Shown here: positions 10,938-19,909 of the stretch, piece by piece
How the letters are laid out: each line of letters begins with the position of its first letter
Numbering within the stretch: position 1 is the stretch's first letter
Source: Methanothrix sp.
GTDB taxonomy: Archaea > Halobacteriota > Methanosarcinia > Methanotrichales > Methanotrichaceae
Length of the DNA: 64,000 bases
Reading direction: 5' to 3'
Assembly (NCBI GenBank): GCA_017994055.1
Contig: JAGOLL010000002.1
Span: 394 to 64,393 of the forward strand
Translations under genes and position numbers: made by a program
Notes under the pieces: model-generated
Database searches by the model: none
Told to the model about the DNA's origin: nothing
What the model saw: the letters and a program-made list of their open reading frames with translations, nothing else

Positions 10938-13900
10938 TCATCTTTTCCTCTCGCCCTCGCCGTCGTGGCTGGCGAGCGCTCTCTCCACCAGCCCCCAGCC
11001 CCGGTCTTTGGCGTAGCCTTGCACAACCTCCTGCACCATGGCCATGAACTGCTCCTGGCTGAAGTCAAGCTGGGATGCCAGCCTCTCCACCAATGGCTCC
11101 ACATTCTTGACCTCATTGCTCTTGATGCTGCGCAGCACCACGGCAGCCGTGGCCATGAGCCTCAGTCCCTCAGCCATGTGTTCCTGCTGCACGGCAAGGG
11201 CTCCCAGCTGGAAGAAGGAGCCCGCTTCTGCCGCTCTATCCCCCAGCTCCTGGTTGATGGACAGAGCCTCCTGGAAGCTTTTCGCTGCCAGCTCCTTCTC
11301 CCCACCCTGGACCTGGATCAGACCCTGGCTGTGCCGTATGGCGGACACTGCCGCCCTGTCCTCCATCTCCATGAAAAGCGGCAGAGCCCTGGCGTACTCC
11401 TCTGCCGCGCTCTGGAAGTCGCCCTTCTCCAGGTCCAGGCTGGCCAGGTTGAAGAGGGCAAAGGCTGCGCCCCGGGGGTCACCTGATGACTCTAGCAGCT
11501 CCAGGGACCTCTGCAGTCTCTGCCGGGCGGAATCAAAATTGGAGGTCATCATCTCCAGGCGAGCCGTCTCCTGCAGTGCCTGCGCCTCCCCCTGCAGGTC
11601 TCCGAGCTGCCTCATGATCTCGGCTATCTTCTCCATCTTCTTTAGAGCAGCCTCTATCTCTCCCTTCTTCATCTCTATGGCCGCATGGCTGCTCAGGGAT
11701 GCCGCCTGGCCGGAGAGATCATTCGCCTCGCAATAGGCATCATAAGCCCTCTGCAGGCTTTCCTTTGCCGGATCATACCTCTCCTGATGCATGAGTGAGA
11801 GGCCAAGCCCCTGATAATAGGCCGGATCGGGGGATATCTGTAGGGCCCGTTCGTACCACTTCTCCGCCTTTCTGAAGTCCTCCTGATCCAGAAAGGCCTG
11901 GCCGAGCCATGCCGCTGCTCCGGCCATATAGGAGGTGGATATCTTCAGGTCTAAAATCTCCCGGTTCAGTCTTATGATCTCCGCATAATGGCCCCGCCTT
12001 TGCAGGTATCCGCTTATGCGGCTGGTCGTGGCTGCAGCCTCCTCCCAGTCTCCGGCCGCCATGTAGTGCCCCCTGCTCTCCAGCAGCACATCCAGCCGGG
12101 AGAGCCCTATCTCCTGAGAGCGGCCTGCCTGGGCCAGGCTCTGGAGATAGCCGGCTGCTGCTCTATGGGCGGACTCCATCTCCTCCCTTGCCGGGATGGC
12201 CTGGAGGGATGGGCGAATGCTGGAGGGGACAGTCCAGAGCCCCCCGGAGTTTTGGGCCAGGGAGAGGGCCTGCCAGCTACTGGCATGGCAGTCCACCTGC
12301 TCTTCGGCCAGGCCGCAGACAGCAGCTATGCCCGCCTGGCTGACGGCTATATCATATACTGAAGCCCGGCAGAGTGCAGTCAGGCTGCCCTGATTCAGGC
12401 GGGAGGTGAGGGCGGACAGGGCATCCTCTCCGGCTGTCATATCTGCCAGGGCCAATGCACTGGCGGTCTGGTCCAGGCGAAGGGGAAGGCCGGCCGCGGC
12501 CCGGTGATGATCGGCCAGAGCGGCAAAGGAGATCCTGCCCTTGCGGTATCGATCCGCAATCGCCGGCATGTAAAGCAGACGCCTCACGAATTGGCTTTGA
12601 GAGAGCCCTTCTGCCTTCCACTGCCAGGCCCGGGCCGGCAGGGTCAGGCCCTCTGCCGGCAGGCTGCGGCAGGTGATTATAGCCCGGCCTGCTCCCAGGC
12701 CCCGGATCATCATCCGATAGAACTGAGAGAGATCCGGATCGGGTATCCTGCCGCTCTGATCCAGCTCCAGGCCGTCCCAGAGCAGGAGCAATCTGCTGCC
12801 TCTCAGCACATTGATCAGGCCATCCATCCTCTCCTTTATTGCCTTTGATCTGATGAGATCTCTTGCCTCGGCCTCCCGGCCTATGGCCTTGAGCTGAGAT
12901 GCCACCGATTCCAGCAGCCTGGCCCAGGTTATGGGATTTTTGGGAGAGCTGTAAAGTGGAAGGATCGAATATCCGGCAGGGGCCAGCAGCCAGCAGAGGT
13001 GGACTGCCAGAGCGCTCTTGCCGGAGCCGGCCGGGCCGGTTACAACCAGAGTATGAACGCCTCCCTCCCGCAGGGCTGGCAGCAGACGGGCTGTTTCGGC
13101 TCTCCGGCCTACAAAACACTCTGCTGCCCCTTCTGCCAGGCCAGGCAGGGCCGGGACTCTGAGGCAGGCTCGAAAATGCGATGCCGCTTGTTTCTCTTTG
13201 GAGGCGATCATCGGGCCCATGGCAACGGCCTCGGAATAGAAGAAGGGATACGGCAAGAGGGCATCCGCCACGGACTGCTCTGATCCTCTTCTTGAGAGGA
13301 AAAGAAGGGCATCCTCGGGGCTCGCGCCATCCGCCAGGGGCTGATAGAAGCTTCGGAGATGAGCAGCCGGCCCATGCCAGGCCAGGGCCAGGGGCATCTT
13401 ATCCGAGAGCCTCTGGCAGAAGAGATGAAGTCCCTGGGCCGATCCCATTCCTCCGCTGCTGAGAATGATTCCATAGACGGTACCGTTGAGCTCACCGGCA
13501 AGATCCTCTGCCGATATCTCCTTCTTCTCGCCGGAGAGTACCGGCAGGGAGATGGCTGTGCCTCCCGACAGAGCACTGGCCGGGGCCGCCAGATGGATCA
13601 GATGAGGCCGGAACTGCTCCGCTGCCTCTATCAGCTCCTGGCCGGTCCCGCTCTCGCATACTACAACCTCCATCTCCAGGCCTTCTGCCAGCTCTATAAC
13701 CGCCTTCTCCTCATCTTCCCAGGCACCATTGTTAGAGGAAAGCAATAGCAGGCGCAGAGGCCCGGCAGAAGGCTCCGGCCAGGAAGGGGAGGTGCCCCTC
13801 GCAGATACAGGGCGGCGGATAACCCGGAGCCCCACCATTCCGGATGGTGAAGGGCTCAGCAGCTCCCAGGGAAGCTGCAAGACCTCCGGTATGCTGGAAG

Positions 13901-14192
13901 ATACCACCAGCCTTGCATCAAGCCCGATGCTCTCTCTCCAGTCCTGCTCACCGCTCTTTACAAAGAGGCCCACCAGCGCATCCCTGAGCAGGGACAGATA
14001 GCTCGTGGCCTGTCCCTGGCCCTTCTCCTCCAAGAGGGAGAAGTACTGTGAGCCGATCTCGTGCACCTGCTGAGACTGCACTGGGGTCAGGGATCCCTGG
14101 GCTATGACTCGGCCATCCGCAAAAATCTCATAGGCAAAGGTGCGGGCAGCGGCTATCCCGGCCTCTGATATCTTAATCATTATGTCTTGCAT
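10938..14192 (-). CDS. CHAT-like + P-loop (STAND/NB-ARC-like) ATPase + TPR protein
   Basis: LPWELL CHAT-type motif, FVGRRAE, Walker A GPAGSGKS, LLLWDGLE Walker B and C-terminal TPRs. Confidence 0.8.
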   Translation of the reverse strand: MQDIMIKISEAGIAAARTFAYEIFADGRVIAQGSLTPVQSQQVHEIGSQYFSLLEEKGQGQATSYLSLLRDALVGLFVKSGEQDWRESIGLDARLVVSSSIPEVLQLPWELLSPSPSGMVGLRVIRRPVSARGTSPSWPEPSAGPLRLLLLSSNNGAWEDEEKAVIELAEGLEMEVVVCESGTGQELIEAAEQFRPHLIHLAAPASALSGGTAISLPVLSGEKKEISAEDLAGELNGTVYGIILSSGGMGSAQGLHLFCQRLSDKMPLALAWHGPAAHLRSFYQPLADGASPEDALLFLSRRGSEQSVADALLPYPFFYSEAVAMGPMIASKEKQAASHFRACLRVPALPGLAEGAAECFVGRRAETARLLPALREGGVHTLVVTGPAGSGKSALAVHLCWLLAPAGYSILPLYSSPKNPITWARLLESVASQLKAIGREAEARDLIRSKAIKERMDGLINVLRGSRLLLLWDGLELDQSGRIPDPDLSQFYRMMIRGLGAGRAIITCRSLPAEGLTLPARAWQWKAEGLSQSQFVRRLLYMPAIADRYRKGRISFAALADHHRAAAGLPLRLDQTASALALADMTAGEDALSALTSRLNQGSLTALCRASVYDIAVSQAGIAAVCGLAEEQVDCHASSWQALSLAQNSGGLWTVPSSIRPSLQAIPAREEMESAHRAAAGYLQSLAQAGRSQEIGLSRLDVLLESRGHYMAAGDWEEAAATTSRISGYLQRRGHYAEIIRLNREILDLKISTSYMAGAAAWLGQAFLDQEDFRKAEKWYERALQISPDPAYYQGLGLSLMHQERYDPAKESLQRAYDAYCEANDLSGQAASLSSHAAIEMKKGEIEAALKKMEKIAEIMRQLGDLQGEAQALQETARLEMMTSNFDSARQRLQRSLELLESSGDPRGAAFALFNLASLDLEKGDFQSAAEEYARALPLFMEMEDRAAVSAIRHSQGLIQVQGGEKELAAKSFQEALSINQELGDRAAEAGSFFQLGALAVQQEHMAEGLRLMATAAVVLRSIKSNEVKNVEPLVERLASQLDFSQEQFMAMVQEVVQGYAKDRGWGLVERALASHDGEGERKR

Positions 14193-14204
14193 CTTGGGGC
14201 TCTC

Positions 14205-15131
14205 CTAATGATCCTCTTTTATCCGAGGGCTTGGTTTATGATCCATGCTATGATGGGGTTTATCGCTGTCACAGTGATCCCTGGGCTCCAGATGCACCAC
14301 CACATCCCTCACCGCCGGTATACTGCTCTTTATGGCTCTCTCCACATCCTCGCCCACATTGTGGGCCATATCCATGGAGAGCGAAGCATCGACCCCTATG
14401 TGCAGGTCCACATAGATCTCCTCAGCCATGCCCCTGGTGCGCACGGCATGGCAGGTGCATACGCCCTTTACCGATCTGGCCAGATCGACTATAACCTGCT
14501 CATCGATCGCTGCCCGGTCCAGAAGAGCAGTGGAGCTCTCCCGGACTATCTCCAGGCCGGTATGAACGATCAAGGCGCATATGAACAGGGCGATAAGCGG
14601 ATCGGCCAGAGGATAGCCCATCCTCACTGCTAAAAGGCCCAGTATCACTCCCAGGGAGGCAAAGACATCGCTCCTGGTGTGAAGAGAGTCCGCCACCAGG
14701 ATGCTGCTTTTGAGCCTGCGGCCCAGGATGTACTCATAGCTGGAGACGCCGACATTGATGATCAATGTCAATGCCATTACGGCAAAGGACAGCCCGGTGA
14801 CATTCGGCGACCCTCCGCTTTGCAGGCGACCTATGGCCGATACGATCAACTGAAGGCAGCCGGCGAAGAGAAGTATGGCTATGCCCATGGCGGCAAAGCT
14901 CTCGTACTTGGCATGACCGTAAGGGTGATCCCTGTCCGGAGGACGGGCGGCCAGGCTTATCCCCACCAGGCCGATGATATTGGCGGTGCTGTCGAAGAAG
15001 GAATGCAGGCCGTCTGCGCTCATAGATAGGGTGTCGGTGTGAAGGCCGTAGATCCCCTTGGCCAGAGCAGTAAATATGTTGAGGAGGAATATGATCATCA
15101 AGATGCGACGCACTGCATCATAGTAGGCCAT
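14205..15131 (-). CDS. Cation diffusion facilitator (FieF-like) transporter
   Basis: ADGLHSFFD, PPDRDHPYGHAKYE and ADSLHTRSD motifs; C-terminal dimerisation domain. Confidence 0.93.
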   Translation of the reverse strand: MAYYDAVRRILMIIFLLNIFTALAKGIYGLHTDTLSMSADGLHSFFDSTANIIGLVGISLAARPPDRDHPYGHAKYESFAAMGIAILLFAGCLQLIVSAIGRLQSGGSPNVTGLSFAVMALTLIINVGVSSYEYILGRRLKSSILVADSLHTRSDVFASLGVILGLLAVRMGYPLADPLIALFICALIVHTGLEIVRESSTALLDRAAIDEQVIVDLARSVKGVCTCHAVRTRGMAEEIYVDLHIGVDASLSMDMAHNVGEDVERAIKSSIPAVRDVVVHLEPRDHCDSDKPHHSMDHKPSPRIKEDH

Positions 15132-15190
15132 GCCGTTTTATATGGGTGGGAAGCAATAAATAATTATGGAGCTTTCTTGGATCGGATATT

Positions 15191-15604
15191 ATGATTTCCA
15201 CTGCCATACTGGACTTTGCAACCAAAGAGGGCGAGGTCAAGGATATCAGCCACAATGTTCAGGAGGCCCTGCAGCAGACCTCTCTCCAATCGGGACTTGT
15301 CACCGTCTTCTCTCCCGGCTCTACGGGGAGCGTGACCACAATCGAATTCGAGCCGGGATTGGTGGAGGACATGGAGGGGGCCCTGCAGAGGCTGGCACCG
15401 GATGATATCGACTATGCCCACAACCTCCGCTGGCATGATGGCAACGGCCACTCTCACATCCGGGCCTCTCTGATCGGACCGAGCATAAGCATTCCCTTCT
15501 CCCAGGGAAAGCTTATGCTGGGTGTCTGGCAACAGATAGTCTTCCTGGAGCTGGATGCCAGGCCGAGGCAGAGAAGGCTGATTGTTCAGATCATGGGTGA
15601 ATAG
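15191..15604 (+). CDS. YjbQ/UPF0047 family protein
   Basis: GSTGSVTTIEFEPG, DGNGHSHIRASLIG and LGVWQQI motifs. Confidence 0.92.
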   Translation: MISTAILDFATKEGEVKDISHNVQEALQQTSLQSGLVTVFSPGSTGSVTTIEFEPGLVEDMEGALQRLAPDDIDYAHNLRWHDGNGHSHIRASLIGPSISIPFSQGKLMLGVWQQIVFLELDARPRQRRLIVQIMGE

Positions 15605-15617
15605 ACCGGTTGCGGCA

Positions 15618-16199
15618 TCAGACCACGGAAATGGTAGTAGGCAGGCCGAGGCTCTGGAGCTCTTCCTTGGAGAGGATTTTCCTGTTGCCTTCCCCGTCCA
15701 CCAGGGTCAGCTTCTCCAGATGCCACTCGCCGCTTATATTTCCCGGCAGAAGAATCTGAGCCGAGTAAAAGCCATCCCGGGCCGTTCCTGAGGATCGGTT
15801 TAGGGATGAGAAGAGAGCGGTGATGCTCTCACCATCCGGCCCGGAGAGATCCGCCTCCGCCGCCCAGATGGCCTGATCGTCGATGAGATGAGCGGTGAGG
15901 TTGACCGGCTGGGGTGCGGCCAGAGATATCTGCGGGGGATCCAGGAAAAGCCCGGAGATGCCCGGAGCCTGGTCATCGGATAAGGGGCCCGCCTGGTCGG
16001 TCCGGGGCGGCGCCAGGGGATCGGAAGACTCCTGGGAGGAGAAGCATTGGCTGCTGCCTCCTATCTTGACCTCTTTGCTGATGGAGAAGACTCCCACCAG
16101 GTCCTCCACGCTCCTTCCGTAGCCTGAGGCGGGAGATGGCGCGGCCAGCAGAAGGCATATGGCCAGCATCACCATTCGGGAAATCAATTCCGAATTCAC
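15618..16199 (-). CDS. Hypothetical secreted protein with Ig-like C-terminal domain
   Basis: Signal-peptide-like N-terminus; beta-rich C-terminal region. Confidence 0.6.
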   Translation of the reverse strand: MNSELISRMVMLAICLLLAAPSPASGYGRSVEDLVGVFSISKEVKIGGSSQCFSSQESSDPLAPPRTDQAGPLSDDQAPGISGLFLDPPQISLAAPQPVNLTAHLIDDQAIWAAEADLSGPDGESITALFSSLNRSSGTARDGFYSAQILLPGNISGEWHLEKLTLVDGEGNRKILSKEELQSLGLPTTISVV

Positions 16200-16607
16200 T
16201 TATGAGAAAAGGATAAGCGTGAACAAATATCTTTCCCCAAATACTCGCCTCAATCAGCATACAATTCCCTCTGGCCTAGAAAAGCCCACGGCCAAATTGC
16301 CGTCTTTTCGGAGATCACTCCAGGGAGAAAGTAGATATTCTAGTAGGAGATGGGAATGCGGTCATGAGCGAAGCTAGAGACAGGAAGATGAAGCGCAAAC
16401 GCAAACTCGATGAACTGAAGGCCGAAAAAGTCCTGAGGGCATGCCGCAGCAGGAGGGCCATAGCCAACCAGCTCTGAATTCTGGCCCCATCTCCGGGCAG
16501 TCTCGCCTCGAGTCAATGAGATCTCGCCCATTCATTTTTTTTTTGAGCCGCCTAATTCACGTCATCTTCTTCTACCTGGAGAGCATCCCTACTCTCGAGG
16601 TCTTCAA

Positions 16608-17480
16608 TTGTTCCCCATAGTCAGGCGCAAGGAGATGGCAGGCGGGGAGATCATTCTCAATGAGATTGCCGCCCCCAATATCGCTCGCGTCGCCCAGCCA
16701 GGGCAGTTTGTGATCCTCATGGCCGGCGAGAAGGGCGAGCGCATTCCCATGACCATCTCGGACATAGATCCGGCCAAGGGGACCATAACCATCATCTATC
16801 ATGTGGTGGGCCGCTCCACTGCCGCCTTCAAGAGGCTGCAGATGGGAGAGGGCTACAGCAGCCTAGCCGGTCCTTTGGGCCGGCCTACTGAGGCGGAGGG
16901 AGTCGGCTTAGCCGTGTGCGTTGGGGGAGGTACGGGTCTTGCGGTACTCTATCCCATAGCCAAGAAGCTTAAAAGCCAGGGCAGCAGGGTGATCAGCATC
17001 ATTGGAGCGCGGACGGCAGAGCTGGTCATATTAAGAGAAGAGATGGCAGCGGTCTCCGATGAGCTGCTGATCTGCACCGACGACGGATCTCTAGGAAAGA
17101 AGGCTTTGGTGACCGAGCCTCTCAAAGAGATCCTGGACAAGGAGAGGCCCGATCTGGTGGTGGCCATAGGGCCGGTGATGATGATGAAGCTGGCGAGCGA
17201 GATCACCCTTCCTCAGAGGATCAAGACCGTTGTCAGCTTAAACCCCATTATGATCGACGGCACAGGCATGTGCGGAAGCTGCCGGGTGGAGGTGGGTGGA
17301 GAGACAAAGCTGGCCTGTGTGGACGGGCCGGAGTTCGACGGCCATCTGGTCAACTATGATCTCTTAACCCAGCGACTTCAATCCTTCCGGGAGGAGGAGC
17401 ATGAGGCGATGATGCTGCATGAGAAGGAGGAGATGGCCCGCTGCCCCATGAAAAAGGAGATGGAGATGGAGCAGGGGTAA
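16608..17480 (+). CDS. NfnA/SudB/PyrK-like FAD/NAD-binding [2Fe-2S] subunit
   Basis: PGQFVIL, GERIPMTI, VGGGTG and MIDGTGMCGSCRV...CVDGPEFDG motifs. Confidence 0.9.
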   Translation: MFPIVRRKEMAGGEIILNEIAAPNIARVAQPGQFVILMAGEKGERIPMTISDIDPAKGTITIIYHVVGRSTAAFKRLQMGEGYSSLAGPLGRPTEAEGVGLAVCVGGGTGLAVLYPIAKKLKSQGSRVISIIGARTAELVILREEMAAVSDELLICTDDGSLGKKALVTEPLKEILDKERPDLVVAIGPVMMMKLASEITLPQRIKTVVSLNPIMIDGTGMCGSCRVEVGGETKLACVDGPEFDGHLVNYDLLTQRLQSFREEEHEAMMLHEKEEMARCPMKKEMEMEQG

Positions 17481-17488
17481 GGCCGGCT

Positions 17489-18589
17489 TCAGGCCTGGAG
17501 ATAATCCGCCCTCTTCAAGAATTCGATCACATCCTTCTCAAGCGGCAGATCGGTGCTTGCTCCGGGAGTCATGATATTTAATGCTGCTACTGCTCCGGCA
17601 AACTTCACCGCATCCCGGGTGGAATAGCCTTTGAACCTGGCATGGACAAAACCCGCCGTGTAGCTGTCGCCCCCTCCGGTTGTGTCCACGACATCTACCT
17701 TGTAGGCCGGCAGGCTGAAGATCTCTTCTCCATCCGCAACCAGTGATCCCTTTACATCCAGGGTGACAATCACAGTCTCCGCTCCCAGCTTCTGCAGCTC
17801 TTTTATGGCTGAGTGCACATCATCTTCCCCGGTTATCAGGCGCGCCTCCTTGCCGTTCATGATTATGGCATTGCTGTTTTTCATGGCATATTTCAGATCC
17901 TCAGGCCGGCGGGTGACCATGCTCATGCTGGGATTGGTCAATATGAATAGATCTCGGCTCCTCGCTTCCTGGACCGCTCTTCTCATGAGCTGGATGTTAC
18001 TCGGGCTGTTGAGGCTGGTCAGAATCAATGCATCGATCTTGTCGAAGACCTCGGAATTGAGGTCATCTTCTCCCAGCAGATCGTTCGCCCCCCGGCTAGT
18101 CAGGACCGTCTTCTCTCCATTGACCAGAAAGACCAGGGACATTCCGGTGGAGCCCTCCTTGAGGGTCACATATTTTATGTTCACCCCATGCACCCTCAGA
18201 TTTCGTAGGGCCTCCTCGCCGTAATCGCCTCGGCCCACAGATCCAAGAATATATGTGTTTGTGCCCAAGGTGGCCAGGTTAGCGGCCAGGTTATGGGCCG
18301 AGCCGCCAATATCCTGCTTGAGATCCTTCAATGTGATCTTGGTGTCAAAAGGAAAGCAGATATTGCCATCTATAACCCGGAACTCATCCGAGGAGGCAAT
18401 CAGATCGATGATGATGCCGCCGACAACCAGCGCTCCCTTGAAATTGCTGTGTCTTTCTGGGTACATAATTAGATGCAGGTTTGCGGATAAATATAGCTTT
18501 CTTAGACTGGGAAAACATATAGCAGCTTTATCTATGATTTTATTATAATCAAATTCCTCTAACTGTGGCGAGATTTTATCTATTACCAA
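17489..18589 (-). CDS. PfkB family carbohydrate kinase
   Basis: GGSAHNLA and VVDTTGGGDSYTAGF PfkB signatures; true start probably downstream (MYPERH). Confidence 0.9.
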   Translation of the reverse strand: MVIDKISPQLEEFDYNKIIDKAAICFPSLRKLYLSANLHLIMYPERHSNFKGALVVGGIIIDLIASSDEFRVIDGNICFPFDTKITLKDLKQDIGGSAHNLAANLATLGTNTYILGSVGRGDYGEEALRNLRVHGVNIKYVTLKEGSTGMSLVFLVNGEKTVLTSRGANDLLGEDDLNSEVFDKIDALILTSLNSPSNIQLMRRAVQEARSRDLFILTNPSMSMVTRRPEDLKYAMKNSNAIIMNGKEARLITGEDDVHSAIKELQKLGAETVIVTLDVKGSLVADGEEIFSLPAYKVDVVDTTGGGDSYTAGFVHARFKGYSTRDAVKFAGAVAALNIMTPGASTDLPLEKDVIEFLKRADYLQA

Positions 18590-18685
18590 AGATCAGCAAT
18601 CATTCTACAAGATGCCTGAAACCCAGGACTCCCGTCTCAAGCTATATCGACAGATATATATTCTTTCAAAAGATTTATTACTATT

Positions 18686-19888
18686 ATGAGATTCATTCTT
18701 ATCATTTTATCGTTAATTCTCACATCGGCATTGCCGGTTCAATGTCAGGAAACGGCACAAGATCTTCTCGACCAAGGAGAGGCTCTCAGGAAGCAGGGAA
18801 GATATGATCAGGCGCTGCTGGCTCTGGACGAGGCAATTGCAATGGATCCCGGCAATCCCTTCGCCTGGAACAGCAAATGCTCCGCCCTCGATATATTGGG
18901 CCGCTATGACCAAGCCATGCAGGCTTGTGATGAAGCGATAAGGCTTGATCCAGGTTATGATCAGGCTTGGTGCAGCAAAGGACTGGTTCTCATCAACCTG
19001 AGCCGCTATAAAGAGGCGGAAATGGCCTTCGATGAGGCCCTACGGCTCAATCCAGAAAGCGGCCTGGCCTGGGCCGGAAAGAGCCTCTCTCTGGCCTATC
19101 AGGGAAAGGTCTTCGGATCCATAGAGGCGCTTTATGATGCCGCTATAAGCACGGATCAAGACAATGCCGGTGCATGGTTGGGCAAGGCGGATCTCCTCTT
19201 CGAGATCGGAAAGTATCAAGAGAGCCTCGGGGCCTATGATGAGGCCATCCGGAAAAAGCCAGATTATGCCGAGGCCTGGAACGGCAAAGGAATGGCACTG
19301 GATATGATGGGAAGATTCGAAGAGGGCATATCTGCCTATGATCGGGCCATCAGCATTAATTCCAGTTATGTCGAAGCCTGGACCAATAAAGGCGTAGCAC
19401 TAGCGTATCTGGGCCGAATGGATGAGGCCATAGAGTGTTATGAAGAGGCTATTCGGCTGGACAATGATTATGCTCTGGCCTGGCACAACAAAGGCAATGC
19501 CCTCTATCTATTGGGCAGCTATGCTGAATCCGCGGCTGGCTATGATGAAGCTATCCGAAAAAAGCCCGATTACGCCGAGGCCTGGAGCGGCAAAGCCTCT
19601 GCTCTGCTGGCCCTGGGCAGATATGAGGAGGCCATAAACGCCTGCGATGAGGCCATCCTCTTCAATCCGAGCATAGCCCAGGCCTGGAACAACAAGGGGA
19701 GCGCCCTCGGCGAGCTGGGCCGGCTGGAGGAGGCTCTTGCTTGCTTTAATCAGGCCATTCAACTGGACCGGGGATACGTCAAAGCCTGGATCAATAAAGG
19801 AATTCTGCTGCAAGCCCAGGGAAAGACAGCCGAATCGGAATCTGCCTTTGCCAGGGCAGCCGAGCTGGCAGGCAGCCAAACGCAGTAG
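18686..19888 (+). CDS. Secreted TPR-repeat protein
   Basis: Signal peptide followed by 34-aa AW.NKG..L repeats. Confidence 0.9.
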   Translation: MRFILIILSLILTSALPVQCQETAQDLLDQGEALRKQGRYDQALLALDEAIAMDPGNPFAWNSKCSALDILGRYDQAMQACDEAIRLDPGYDQAWCSKGLVLINLSRYKEAEMAFDEALRLNPESGLAWAGKSLSLAYQGKVFGSIEALYDAAISTDQDNAGAWLGKADLLFEIGKYQESLGAYDEAIRKKPDYAEAWNGKGMALDMMGRFEEGISAYDRAISINSSYVEAWTNKGVALAYLGRMDEAIECYEEAIRLDNDYALAWHNKGNALYLLGSYAESAAGYDEAIRKKPDYAEAWSGKASALLALGRYEEAINACDEAILFNPSIAQAWNNKGSALGELGRLEEALACFNQAIQLDRGYVKAWINKGILLQAQGKTAESESAFARAAELAGSQTQ

Positions 19889-19909
19889 CTATGGACGGTC
19901 TTGCATTCT

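Noticed and set aside
19235-19590. Repeated YDEAIRKKPDYAEAW segment in the TPR gene
   Set aside because: Ordinary intragenic TPR duplication.
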